The notes: generated from the letters alone by a model not told the origin. Numbered from the stretch's first letter, positions 7,316 through 15,939 are shown. The stretch: 20,146 bases of DNA from a candidate division WOR-3 bacterium (GCA_039801365.1 JBDRUN010000038.1:1-20146), one strand, 5' to 3'. Made by a program: numbers and translations.

Positions 7316-8824
7316 GTGCTGCTGCTCTGTGTGCTGTGCGCCGTATTATGCGTTCTGAGCTCGCGTGCCGCGGAGTTCACCATCCAGGGCGTGAACCGGG
7401 CCGAGTTCTGGGCGTTTCAAGAGAACTGGGCGACCCAGATCGAGGACAAACTTGACCTTGTCCTGCGTTACGGGGACTTGCGCGGCCAGCTTGGCCTTTT
7501 CCTGTATGATCCGTCAAGGCCCTGGGATGCAGTGCGCAAGCCACTACGGCTTGCAGACTTCACCGCGGCCTATAGTCCGAGACAGCTTGAGATTCTCTAC
7601 GGCAAATTTTTTCAGACCTTTGGTAAGGGGCTGACTCTGCGGGCGTACAATGACGAGGAGTTCAGGCACTACAAGAGTCTGCACGGCTTGCGCGGTAGCT
7701 TCCAGTTGCCGGTTTCGACCGAACTAGTGGCGTTCGGTGCCAGGCTGCGGGACGTGTTCTTTCAAGAAAACGCTTACAAGATAATGAACGCTGCCGATAC
7801 ATCTGACCAGGTGCTCGGTGCAGATTTGTCGTCCCAGCCGATCGTCTGGCAGGGTTCGGACTGGACCAGGGGCAATTTCGGATTCGGTGGCCGGTACGTA
7901 CGGATAAACCGCAGCGCCGACCCGACGGCCAAGGCATTCACTGAACTTTTCGGCGGCAACACCTCGACCGCGGTCGGCCCGGTCGAGCTGTACGGCGAAG
8001 CGTGCTGGCGACTCGGCACGAGACCTGGTATCGGCGGGAGAGATCGGGGTTTTGGCTACTACGGCAGTGCTACTCTATTGCTTGCCGGGTACTCCATCAT
8101 CGGACAGATAATGGACTACGACAAGCTCGGGTTTCCGACCGGAGTGTATCACTACAACGACCCGCCGACACCGATACTATCCGGCGTGGCGCTGGACCGG
8201 GGCATTGACGAGCGGGGGTTTGGTCTGACCGTAAACGGTTCGCCGTTGACCCAGCTTTACTTCGAAGGCAACTACGGCCGGCTGTTCCGGCACGACGATT
8301 CAAGCGCCGGAGTGCTGGAATGGCAGGGCAAGGCGCGCTATTCGTTCGGGTCTGACTGGACGTTTGAGGGATCGTTCGATCACATGCTGCAGAAGAACGT
8401 GGAGCTTGGTACCTATGAACGTACTGTGGACAAGCCGGTCGCACACGTGAACTACCTCTGGGGTCAGCACACGTTCGGGCTGGAGGCCGAGTACGCATTC
8501 GTGCGCGAGCGGCCGAGCGACACGACTCAAGCAGCCGGACCCTACCCGTGGAAGTACCACGAGAGCGCAATTGCACTCAGCTACGGGCATAGCGAGGCCC
8601 TGCAGTTCACGCTTGGCTGGCAACGGGTGGACAAGAAGCTGGCCAAGCGGTACAACGACGAGACATCGTGGCCAATACTCGAGGCAGTCTGGAATGTGAC
8701 TCAGCGTAACATGCTTCGAATCCGACTCGGCGCGGAGCGGGGAGGATATACCTGTTCGGGCGGAGTGTGCCGGTTTGAGGCGCCGTTCCGAGGACTGAAA
8801 GTACAGTTCATCTCCAGATTCTGA
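7316..8824 (+). CDS. Putative outer-membrane beta-barrel protein (signal peptide, C-terminal Phe); start uncertain (GTG 7316, but the ORF is open back to 7142)
   Basis: 'LLLCVLCAVLCVLSSRAA|EF' is signal-peptide-like. The ~500-aa body is rich in G/Y/F/W/N/T, as in barrel proteins. C-terminus '...GGYTCSGGVCRFEAPFRGLKVQFISRF' ends in an aromatic residue with alternating hydrophobics, the OMP C-terminal signature. The only in-frame ATG, at 7142, would overlap TlpA by 125 nt and add an Arg-rich tail. TGA stop. Confidence 0.55.
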   Translation: MLLLCVLCAVLCVLSSRAAEFTIQGVNRAEFWAFQENWATQIEDKLDLVLRYGDLRGQLGLFLYDPSRPWDAVRKPLRLADFTAAYSPRQLEILYGKFFQTFGKGLTLRAYNDEEFRHYKSLHGLRGSFQLPVSTELVAFGARLRDVFFQENAYKIMNAADTSDQVLGADLSSQPIVWQGSDWTRGNFGFGGRYVRINRSADPTAKAFTELFGGNTSTAVGPVELYGEACWRLGTRPGIGGRDRGFGYYGSATLLLAGYSIIGQIMDYDKLGFPTGVYHYNDPPTPILSGVALDRGIDERGFGLTVNGSPLTQLYFEGNYGRLFRHDDSSAGVLEWQGKARYSFGSDWTFEGSFDHMLQKNVELGTYERTVDKPVAHVNYLWGQHTFGLEAEYAFVRERPSDTTQAAGPYPWKYHESAIALSYGHSEALQFTLGWQRVDKKLAKRYNDETSWPILEAVWNVTQRNMLRIRLGAERGGYTCSGGVCRFEAPFRGLKVQFISRF

Positions 8825-8892
8825 TCGAATGAACTGCCCAAAGATGTCAAGCAGTCCAACTACGGACAAACGTGGATAAGACTAGGGAAACC

Positions 8893-9033
8893 ATGAGAGC
8901 ATGCAGGGGCAAGGCTGACGTAAACCGTCGAATCGGGTTTATCGTATTGGCACTTGCCGGAGTCGCTGCGGTTATAGCTGGCATCAAGCTCGGGGATCCC
9001 GAAACAATTCACCGGTTTGCGGCTCAGATATGA
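8893..9033 (+). CDS. Small ORF (46 aa) encoding a single-TM peptide, between the OMP and polyferredoxin genes
   Basis: ATG 8893 follows 'AGGGAAACC'. Translation MRACRGKADVNRRIGFIVLALAGVAAVIAGIKLGDPETIHRFAAQI* has one hydrophobic helix. It is below the 60-aa cutoff of the supplied ORF track. No homology can be asserted. Confidence 0.3.
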   Translation: MRACRGKADVNRRIGFIVLALAGVAAVIAGIKLGDPETIHRFAAQI

Positions 9034-9077
9034 CTATCCTGCATGGGGCTCGTGTAGCCCTGATGCGGAAGTGACAG

Positions 9078-10340
9078 ATGCGGAAACGTAGGATCGCGCC
9101 GTTCCGGATAGCCCAGATAGTATCCACTGTTCTTTTGAACGCCTACATTCTGGCTTATCTCCAGAACAAGATATTATACCAAGGATTCTTCAAGCACATA
9201 CCAGAGCCAGTTCTGAACTGCTACGGCGGGCCCCTGGCCGTATTCGCCTGCCCCTTGGGTTCGATGCAGCAGATGATCGGAATGAAGACGGTGCCGTGGC
9301 TGGTTATCGGAGTATTTGTTGTCATCGGCGCCTTCGTGGGCCGGGCCGCGTGCGCCTGGATGTGTCCGTTCGGGTTGTGGCAGGACCTACTGTACAAGGT
9401 CAAGGCCGGGTCCCGGGCTGGCGCAAAACGTTGGGTTGCGGTCGGAGTCATAGGCGGCATCGGCATTCTCGGTATCGCCCTGCTCGTGACATTCCTCCAC
9501 GTTGTCTGGTGGCGGCCTTTGGTGTATGGGTGGGTGCCCTTCATGGCGCTGGTGCTTTTCGTGATGCTTCGGGGCAAGCTTGATATCCCGCAATACCTGC
9601 ACGTCGGCGGCTTTGTCGCCGGCGTTGGGCTTGGTGCGTTCGTCTGGCTTAAGTACGGTGCTGGGTTCGGCGTGGTCGCCGGCGTGGCCGGAATGGTTGC
9701 TATCGGACTACTGGGCCGCTGGTACGGAGCAATAGTTGCGGCCCTGGCCGGGTTCCTTCTGGCCCGGTTCGGGCCCGATTTTGCTGTCGGCCCACTTTCG
9801 GGTGCGACGCTGGGCATCGTACTTGCTGCGGTCAGTGCCGGGCTCGTTTTAGTTCTCGACGTTTTCGCCGGACTGCGGCTGCCGTCAACGTTTCTCAAGT
9901 ACGGCTTTTTTGTACTCGTGGCCGGGGTGGCTTCGTATTTGACAGTTGAGCCATGGTTCTGCAAGCTGTGCCCCCAGGGTACGCTTGGCGCCGGCATACC
10001 GCTTGTCCTCTGGGACCCAGTAAACGCCCTGCGCGGACTTGTCGGCTGGCTGTATTGGGTCAAGGTCGGAATCCTGCTTCTGGTCGTGGCTGCGGCCATC
10101 GCCATCAAGCGACCGTTCTGCCGGCTGGTCTGTCCGATTGGCGCAATCTACGGCGTGTTCAACAAAGTTAGCCTGCTGCGTCTGCGCCTGGAATCGGCGA
10201 AATGCACCCGTTGCGGGCTGTGCCGCAAGGTGTGCCCGATGAATATCGAGCCGCTTGACGAGCAGAATCAGCTTGAGTGCATCCGGTGTTTCGAATGCGT
10301 CTGGCGCTGTCCAAAGAGCGGTTTACGCATCACCGTCTAG
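9078..10340 (+). CDS. NapH/MauN/CcoG(FixG)-type membrane polyferredoxin (4Fe-4S-binding integral membrane protein)
   Basis: Repeated membrane-proximal C-x3-CP motifs 'RAACAWMCPFGLWQDL', 'FCKLCPQGTLG' and 'FCRLVCPIGAIYG' (the NapH/NosR-type xCxxxCPxGalQd signature). Multiple TM helices. C-terminal ferredoxin motifs 'CTRCGLCRKVCP' and 'CIRCFECVWRCP'. TAG stop. Confidence 0.8.
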   Translation: MRKRRIAPFRIAQIVSTVLLNAYILAYLQNKILYQGFFKHIPEPVLNCYGGPLAVFACPLGSMQQMIGMKTVPWLVIGVFVVIGAFVGRAACAWMCPFGLWQDLLYKVKAGSRAGAKRWVAVGVIGGIGILGIALLVTFLHVVWWRPLVYGWVPFMALVLFVMLRGKLDIPQYLHVGGFVAGVGLGAFVWLKYGAGFGVVAGVAGMVAIGLLGRWYGAIVAALAGFLLARFGPDFAVGPLSGATLGIVLAAVSAGLVLVLDVFAGLRLPSTFLKYGFFVLVAGVASYLTVEPWFCKLCPQGTLGAGIPLVLWDPVNALRGLVGWLYWVKVGILLLVVAAAIAIKRPFCRLVCPIGAIYGVFNKVSLLRLRLESAKCTRCGLCRKVCPMNIEPLDEQNQLECIRCFECVWRCPKSGLRITV

Positions 10341-10360
10341 AGGCTACACTTCCCGCCGAG

Positions 10361-11278
10361 ATGAGAAAACCGGACTGGCTCAGAACAAGGCTCGCGACCG
10401 GGCCCGAATTCGAGAAACTGAACCAGCGGCTGCGGCGCTTGGAGCTGAAAACAGTCTGCACGCAGGCCCGGTGTCCGAATCTCGCCGACTGCTGGGGTCG
10501 TGGAACCGCGACGTTCATGATTCTCGGCAATGTCTGCACCCGACGCTGCCGGTTCTGCTCGGTCGCGACCGGGAATCCACACGGCGCAGTTGACAGGACC
10601 GAGCCCCAGCGAGTGGCCGCGGCGGTAGCCGAACTTGGCCTACGCTACGTAGTCCTCACATCGGTAAACCGGGACGACCTTGAAGACTGTGGTGCGGGCG
10701 CATTCGCACTGACCATCAACGCCTGTCGGACTTGTCCAACAGGTCGAATCGGACCAACGTGTGAGCCTCCCGGCATCGAGGTGCTCACACCGGACTTTGG
10801 CGGCCGGGAGGCGCTGATTCATCAGGTGGTCGAGGCCGGGCCGGACGTGTTCGGACACAATATCGAGACAGTCGAACGGCTGAGTCCGGTGGTACGCGAC
10901 GCCCGGGCATCGTACCGGCGTTCGCTTGGAGTGTTGGCGCTGGCGAAAAAGCTGGCACCAGCGAAGATGGTGAAGAGCGGGTTGATGGTCGGGCTGGGCG
11001 AGACTGACGCCGAAGTTGAGCAGGCGATGCGTGACCTGCTTACGGCCGGGTGCGACATCATTACCATTGGCCAGTACCTTCAGCCAAACCACCGATGCCT
11101 GCCAGTCCGGCGCTATGTCGAGCCGGCGCGATTCTCCGAATGGCAGGAGCAGGCGCTGGCGCTTGGTTTCAGTTCGGCGTACTGCGGTCCTTTGGTACGA
11201 AGCTCATTTCACGCGGAAGAAGTTTTGCGTGGGACGGGGCTAAACCATCTCGGCTTCAAGTTTCCAGAAAGACCGTGA
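10361..11278 (+). CDS. lipA: Lipoyl synthase
   Basis: 'KPDWLRTRL', 'CTQARCPNLADCW...GTATFMILGNVCTRRCRFCSV' (the radical-SAM CxxxCxxC plus the second cluster motif), and the C-terminal 'TIGQYLQP...H' block. ATG 10361 lies 20 nt after the upstream stop. The GTG 10277 of the ORF track lies inside the previous gene. Confidence 0.95.
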   Translation: MRKPDWLRTRLATGPEFEKLNQRLRRLELKTVCTQARCPNLADCWGRGTATFMILGNVCTRRCRFCSVATGNPHGAVDRTEPQRVAAAVAELGLRYVVLTSVNRDDLEDCGAGAFALTINACRTCPTGRIGPTCEPPGIEVLTPDFGGREALIHQVVEAGPDVFGHNIETVERLSPVVRDARASYRRSLGVLALAKKLAPAKMVKSGLMVGLGETDAEVEQAMRDLLTAGCDIITIGQYLQPNHRCLPVRRYVEPARFSEWQEQALALGFSSAYCGPLVRSSFHAEEVLRGTGLNHLGFKFPERP

Positions 11279-12642
11279 GCAGTCTGACCGAGCAGCAGAT
11301 AGCGCGCGGGCTTCGGGTGTCGGTCATCGAGGGTTCATTTGCAACACTCTATGCAACTCTGGCTGGTGGGATGTTTCTCACCGGCCTTGCACTCTACCTT
11401 GGGGCAAATTCGTTCCACATCGCGCTGATTACTGCAATTCCAGCGCTCGTGACCGGGTTCGGTTTTTCGGCCGGGTATCTCGTGCGCCGGGTCGGCTCGC
11501 GCAAGAAACTTGTTATCGTCACTGCGGGAATCGGCCGGGCGGTCTATGCGGTACTCGTGCCGTTCCTCTTGCTGCGGATGCGCGTCGGGCTCGGACTCTT
11601 CTTCGCAGTCGTCGCGGTTTCGAGCATCCTAATGACAATGGCCGGTACAATCTGGACTTCATGGATGAGCGACTTTGTTCCGGAAGACCGGAGGGGCCGG
11701 TTCTTTGGTACGCGGAACGCGATTCTCGGTATCATCGGTGTCACGGCTGCCTATGCGGCGGGCCGTGGCATGGACGGACTTAAGGCTGCCGGACTCGAGC
11801 CGCTCGGATACGGCATCGCCTTTGGACTGGCGGTGGTGTTCGGACTGGGCTCGACCATCGGTCTGTTCCAGCAACCTGAGCCGAAGCTTGAGCCCAGGCC
11901 GGCTTCGGGTCTGCGTGAGCTTCTGTTCGGCCCGCTGCGCGAGCCGCAGTTCCGTCGGCTCACTGTCTTCCTCGCAGTTTGGTTTCTCACCGGCACGCTT
12001 GCCTCGCCGTTCTACATCGTGCACTTGCTGAAAAACCTGCGCTTTCCCTTCGCAGCCATCGGCGTGTATTCGATTCTCGGTGGTATGACCGGAATGGTAT
12101 TTCAGCTCGTCTGGGGTCGGCTCATTGACCGTTTCGGCGCACGGCCGGTAACGGTGCTCAACTTCGGGGTAGTCGGTGTGATGCCCCTGCTCTGGCTGTT
12201 TGCGACTCCGAGTTTCCGGCTGCCGATATGGCTGGACGGGCTGTGTAACGGCATCATCTGGTCCGGCGCGAGTCTCGGACTGTGGAATCTGCTACTGGAA
12301 CTTGCGGACAATCCGGCCCGCAAGGAGAGCTATTTCGCTATCTACACGGTCGTAACTGGACTGTGCGCGTTCCTGGCGTCGCTTCTGTCCGGAGTCATTG
12401 CCCAGTCTCTACACGGTTTCCGGGTTGTGGTGTTCGGACAGGAGTTTGTGAACTACGATGTGCTCTTTCTCGCCGCCGGGGTGGCGCGGTTTGCTTGCCT
12501 GCCCCTACTGGTACGGGTCCAAGAGCCGGGCAGTCAGTCGGTCCCGCATACTGCCCGTGTGCTCTCAACTTGGGCGCTCTGGCGTATCAACTCGGGCAAG
12601 GATGCGCTCCTCGAAGCACTCGGGCTTCGAAATCGCGAGTGA
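11275..12642 (+). CDS. MFS-type transporter (12 predicted TM helices), translationally coupled to lipA
   Basis: GTG 11275-11277 overlaps the lipA TGA 11276-11278 (GTGA). Product 'SSLTEQQIARGLRVSVIEGSF...' carries many hydrophobic helices and a 'GRLIDRFGARP'-type loop motif typical of MFS. The long 5' extension in the ORF track (11050) overlaps lipA and is discounted. TGA stop. Confidence 0.8.
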   Translation: MSSLTEQQIARGLRVSVIEGSFATLYATLAGGMFLTGLALYLGANSFHIALITAIPALVTGFGFSAGYLVRRVGSRKKLVIVTAGIGRAVYAVLVPFLLLRMRVGLGLFFAVVAVSSILMTMAGTIWTSWMSDFVPEDRRGRFFGTRNAILGIIGVTAAYAAGRGMDGLKAAGLEPLGYGIAFGLAVVFGLGSTIGLFQQPEPKLEPRPASGLRELLFGPLREPQFRRLTVFLAVWFLTGTLASPFYIVHLLKNLRFPFAAIGVYSILGGMTGMVFQLVWGRLIDRFGARPVTVLNFGVVGVMPLLWLFATPSFRLPIWLDGLCNGIIWSGASLGLWNLLLELADNPARKESYFAIYTVVTGLCAFLASLLSGVIAQSLHGFRVVVFGQEFVNYDVLFLAAGVARFACLPLLVRVQEPGSQSVPHTARVLSTWALWRINSGKDALLEALGLRNRE

Positions 12643-12662
12643 TAGTGGATCCCGGTGGCGAT

Positions 12663-12690
12663 TTGACTGACCGGCCGGGCGGGATATAAT
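12663..12690 (+). promoter_or_regulatory. Near-consensus sigma70 promoter TTGACT-16nt-TATAAT upstream of rpmA
   Basis: TTGACT at 12663-12668, a 16-nt spacer, then TATAAT at 12685-12690. About 50 nt of 5'-UTR follows, then SD AGGAGAAAGG and ATG 12743. Confidence 0.45.
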
Positions 12691-12742
12691 CACCGTCCGC
12701 ATGGAAGAGAAGATCAGGATTGAAGTTTAGGAGAAAGGACTT

Positions 12743-13021
12743 ATGGCACACAAGAAAGGCGGCGGTACAGCAAAGAACGGCCGAGATTCTGCCGGCCAGC
12801 GCCTGGGCGTGAAGTGCTTTGGTTCCCAAGTGGTGCGCTGCGGTAACATCCTGGTGCGACAGCGCGGCACCAGGTTTCTGCCCGGCGTGAACGTCCGGCG
12901 GGCCAAGGACGACACGCTGTTTGCAGCTGCGGATGGCGTGGTCCGGTTTGATTTCGTGTCGAAGAACAAGAAACGCATTTCAGTAGTTTCAGGAGAAACG
13001 AGCTGCATACGACAGCACTAG
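12743..13021 (+). CDS. rpmA: 50S ribosomal protein L27
   Basis: '[69 protein letters not shown]' is the classical L27 sequence pattern. Strong SD. TAG stop. Confidence 0.95.
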   Translation: MAHKKGGGTAKNGRDSAGQRLGVKCFGSQVVRCGNILVRQRGTRFLPGVNVRRAKDDTLFAAADGVVRFDFVSKNKKRISVVSGETSCIRQH

Positions 13022-13127
13022 TGAGACAAACCGTCCGGACCGAATTTCCGGTGGTGCCTGTACCGCCGGTCCCGGTGTGCCTTGTGTCGCAGCATCCGGG
13101 TTGGTCCGACAAGGGGAGGAGAAGAAG

Positions 13128-13784
13128 GTGAAGGTGAAATGGTTCGGTCACGCGGCGTTTCTTCTTGTCGCATCCGACGGCACGAAGATTATCGCTGATC
13201 CGTACATTCCTGGATGCTTTGATAATGCACTGTGCTATGGTCAGATTTCTGAAACAGCCGACGCGGTAACGGAAAGCCACGATCATGATGACCACGCCGG
13301 AGGCCGGATGCTGCCCGGACGCCCACCGGTACTGCGGGGCGCGGGCGAACATCAGGTCAAGTCCATCACCATCACCGGTCTTGATACTGCGCACGATGAC
13401 GCGGCCGGAGCAAAGCGCGGCCGCAACACGGTGTTCCTTTATTGCATTGATGGTCTGAAGATTGTACATCTTGGGGACCTTGGTGAACCCCTGCCCGCGG
13501 CGGTTAGCTCAGCCATAGGACAGGTTGATGTGCTCCTGGTACCGGTCGGCGGCTATTTTACGATTGACGCGACCCAGGCTCACAAGACAGCAGAAGCGCT
13601 CGGTGCACGTATCATCATTCCCATGCACTACCGGACCGGAAAATGCAGCTTTCAGATTCAGCCAGTTGACCAATTTCTTCAGGGCCGGGTCGGGGTCCGA
13701 CGCTTCGGTACGAGCGAAGTAGAAATAACCAAGGACAAGCTGCCTGCAGCGCCGGAGATTTGGGTGCTGCACCATGCTCTTTGA
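13128..13784 (+). CDS. UPF0173-type metal-dependent hydrolase (MBL fold)
   Basis: GTG 13128 follows SD AAGGGGAGGAG at 13111-13121. 'MKVKWFGHAAFLLVASDGTKIIADPY...ESHDHDDH...VHLGDLG...IIIPMHY' matches UPF0173 (MKITWLGHA...IDPF...H.H.DH). The upstream part of the ORF-track start (13077) lacks an RBS and looks spurious. Confidence 0.8.
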   Translation: MKVKWFGHAAFLLVASDGTKIIADPYIPGCFDNALCYGQISETADAVTESHDHDDHAGGRMLPGRPPVLRGAGEHQVKSITITGLDTAHDDAAGAKRGRNTVFLYCIDGLKIVHLGDLGEPLPAAVSSAIGQVDVLLVPVGGYFTIDATQAHKTAEALGARIIIPMHYRTGKCSFQIQPVDQFLQGRVGVRRFGTSEVEITKDKLPAAPEIWVLHHAL

Positions 13785-13793
13785 GGAACCGGC

Positions 13794-14636
13794 GTGAAGG
13801 AAATTGCATTTGAGCAGGTCCGAGACACGGTGGCGAAACTGTGCATTGATGCCAATTGTGTGCTGGGCGATGACATGGTGCAGGCTTTCAGGCGGGCCTT
13901 GAATCAGGAGGAGTCCCCGACCGGGAAGGACATCCTGAACCAGTGTCTTGCGAACCAGGAAATTGCCCGGACTGAGATGATGCCGATATGCCAGGATACT
14001 GGCTGGGCCGTAGTCTGGGTTGAGATCGGCTCTGGGGTCAGGATTGCCGGCGGCGAGCTCGCTGACGCCATCCGCGAGGGCGTAGCCAAAGGTTATAAGG
14101 AAGGTTATCTGCGAAAGTCCATTGTTGCCGACCCGCTGCGGCGCAAGAACACCGGTGACAACACGCCACCGATAATCTACACCGACATCGTACCGGGTGA
14201 GAGACTGAAGATTACGGTCCAGCCCAAGGGCGGAGGCTCCGAGAACATGAGCGAGGTGAAGATGCTCTCGGCTGCGGACGGCGAAGAGGGCATCAAGCGT
14301 TTCGTGGTGGACCGGGTGGCGCGGTCCAAGGCCAATCCATGCCCGCCGGTCATTGTCGGCGTAGGTATTGGCGGTACTTTTGAGAAGTGTGCGATGCTTG
14401 CCAAGCACGCGCTGCTGCGTGAGATCGGCTCGGTTCACCCGGACCCATTCTATGCGGCGATGGAAAATGATATCCTGGAGCGGGTGAACAACCTCGGCAT
14501 CGGCCCCCAGGGTCTGGGCGGCCGGGTGACTGCCTTGGCGGTATTCATCGAGGCGTTTCCGTGTCACATCGCAACGATGCCCTGCGCAGTGAACATCAAT
14601 TGTCACGCGGCGCGGCACAAGTCCGTGGTGCTGTAA
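13794..14636 (+). CDS. Class I (Fe-S) fumarate hydratase, alpha subunit (N-terminal catalytic domain)
   Basis: 'CQDTGWAVVWVEIG', 'NTGDNTPPIIY', 'KGGGSENMS', 'CPPVIVGVGIGGTFEKCAMLAK' and 'GIGPQGLGGRVTALAV...CHIATMPCAVNINCHAARH'. These are the Fe-S hydro-lyase, tartrate/fumarate alpha-region signatures. GTG start with a GAGGA SD. TAA stop. Confidence 0.9.
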   Translation: MKEIAFEQVRDTVAKLCIDANCVLGDDMVQAFRRALNQEESPTGKDILNQCLANQEIARTEMMPICQDTGWAVVWVEIGSGVRIAGGELADAIREGVAKGYKEGYLRKSIVADPLRRKNTGDNTPPIIYTDIVPGERLKITVQPKGGGSENMSEVKMLSAADGEEGIKRFVVDRVARSKANPCPPVIVGVGIGGTFEKCAMLAKHALLREIGSVHPDPFYAAMENDILERVNNLGIGPQGLGGRVTALAVFIEAFPCHIATMPCAVNINCHAARHKSVVL

Positions 14637-14643
14637 GATAGAG

Positions 14644-15195
14644 ATGGCCAAGCGAATCACTACACCACTCACCGAGGAGACGGTGTGCAAGCTCGTGGCC
14701 GGTGACACGGTGCTTATTTCAGGTACCATCTACACTGGCCGAGACTTGGCGCATAAGAAACTGACCGATGCACTGAAAGCTGGTGAACAACTGCCCTTCG
14801 ACCTTGCCGGTGCGGTGATTTACTACGTCGGGCCGTCGCCGGCCAAACCGGGCAAGCCCATTGGTTCGGCCGGACCGACTACGTCGTACCGTATGGACGT
14901 ATATTCACCGTTGCTCATCGAACATGGACTGCGCGGCATGATCGGCAAGGGCAACAGGACCCAGCCGGTGCTTGACGCGATAGTAAGATACCATGCGGTT
15001 TACTTTGCCGCGGTCGGCGGTGCAGCAGCGCTTATCTCGCGAAGCATTAAGCAGGCCAAGGTTATTGCCTACCCGGAGCTTGGGCCCGAGTCCGTGCAGG
15101 AGCTTGTGGTCGAAGACTTCCCCGCAGTGGTTGTGAACGACATCTACGGCGCTGACCTGTACGAGCAGGGCGTGGCCAAGTACAGAAAAGGATGA
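14644..15195 (+). CDS. Class I fumarate hydratase, beta subunit (C-terminal domain)
   Basis: 'LISGTIYTGRDLAHKKL', 'VIYYVGPSP', 'IGSAGPTTSYRMD', 'MIGKGNR', 'AVYFAAVGGAAAL' and 'VEDFPAVVVNDIYGADLY'. These are the Fe-S hydro-lyase beta-region signatures. TGA stop. Confidence 0.9.
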   Translation: MAKRITTPLTEETVCKLVAGDTVLISGTIYTGRDLAHKKLTDALKAGEQLPFDLAGAVIYYVGPSPAKPGKPIGSAGPTTSYRMDVYSPLLIEHGLRGMIGKGNRTQPVLDAIVRYHAVYFAAVGGAAALISRSIKQAKVIAYPELGPESVQELVVEDFPAVVVNDIYGADLYEQGVAKYRKG

Positions 15196-15201
15196 CCCCC
15201 G

Positions 15202-15939
15202 ATGACTAATCAGCCAGCGAAGCCTAAGGACCAAAACCAGAACTCCTTTGATTCCTCAAGCCTGGTTACCATCTACGTGATGGGTAAGGCATACCAGGTG
15301 CCGAAGAATCTAACCATCATGAAGGCGATGGAGTACGCCGGTTATCAGTTTATCCGCGGCTGCGGATGCCGGGGCGGCTTCTGCGGTGCGTGCGGCACGG
15401 TGTACCGCACCAAGGATTCCTACAAGATAAAGGTCGGGCTTGCGTGCCAGACAGTTATTGAAAACGACATGTACTTAACCCAGATTCCTTTCTTCCCGGC
15501 GAATAAAGCGACCTATGACGTAGCGAAGCTCGAGCCTACAACCCAGACCCTGGTCAGACACTATCCGGAAATCATGCGCTGTATCTCGTGCAACTCCTGT
15601 ACCAAGATATGCCCGCAGGAGATTGACGTGATGGGCTACGTCAATGCGGCGATTCGGGGTGACTGTGAGCGGGTTGCAGACCTGTCCTTCGACTGCATCA
15701 TGTGTGGGCTCTGCGCGAGCCGGTGCCCGGCGGAAATTGTACAGTACAACGTGGCGCTGCTGGCGCGTAGGATAGTTGGCGCGAAAATCAGACCCCGCGC
15801 ACCACACCTCCGAGACCGACTTCGCGAACTGGAGACTGGTGAGTGTCTGCCGGCGGTCGAAGAACTCACCAGGCTTGGCGAGCAGGAACTTAGTGAGCGG
15901 TACTACGACAAGAAAGTCCGGGACATTGAACCGGAGTAG
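15202..15939 (+). CDS. Succinate dehydrogenase/fumarate reductase iron-sulfur subunit-like protein (2Fe-2S plus two CxxCxxCxxxCP clusters)
   Basis: The N-terminal ferredoxin-like 'GCGCRGGFCGACG...LAC' is a C-x4-C-x2-C...C pattern as in SdhB/FrdB. 'CISCNSCTKICP' and 'CIMCGLCASRCP' follow. The 245-aa size fits SdhB/FrdB. TAG stop. Confidence 0.8.
   Translation: MTNQPAKPKDQNQNSFDSSSLVTIYVMGKAYQVPKNLTIMKAMEYAGYQFIRGCGCRGGFCGACGTVYRTKDSYKIKVGLACQTVIENDMYLTQIPFFPANKATYDVAKLEPTTQTLVRHYPEIMRCISCNSCTKICPQEIDVMGYVNAAIRGDCERVADLSFDCIMCGLCASRCPAEIVQYNVALLARRIVGAKIRPRAPHLRDRLRELETGECLPAVEELTRLGEQELSERYYDKKVRDIEPE

Noticed and set aside
9221-10108. 295-aa ORF on the - strand
   Set aside because: It lies entirely antisense to the NapH-like polyferredoxin gene. 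Its low-complexity Pro/Thr/Ala/Ser-rich translation is typical of a GC-rich antisense frame. No RBS.
10277-10360. GTG 10277 as the lipA start
   Set aside because: It lies within the polyferredoxin gene. The conserved LipA N-terminus (KPDWL) begins right after ATG 10361.
12741-13469. 242-aa ORF on the - strand
   Set aside because: It overlaps rpmA and the UPF0173 gene on the opposite strand, and both + strand genes have clear homology.
13509-14729. 406-aa ORF on the - strand
   Set aside because: It is antisense to the strongly supported fumarase alpha gene and the UPF0173 gene. It has no recognisable motifs and is a high-GC frame artefact.
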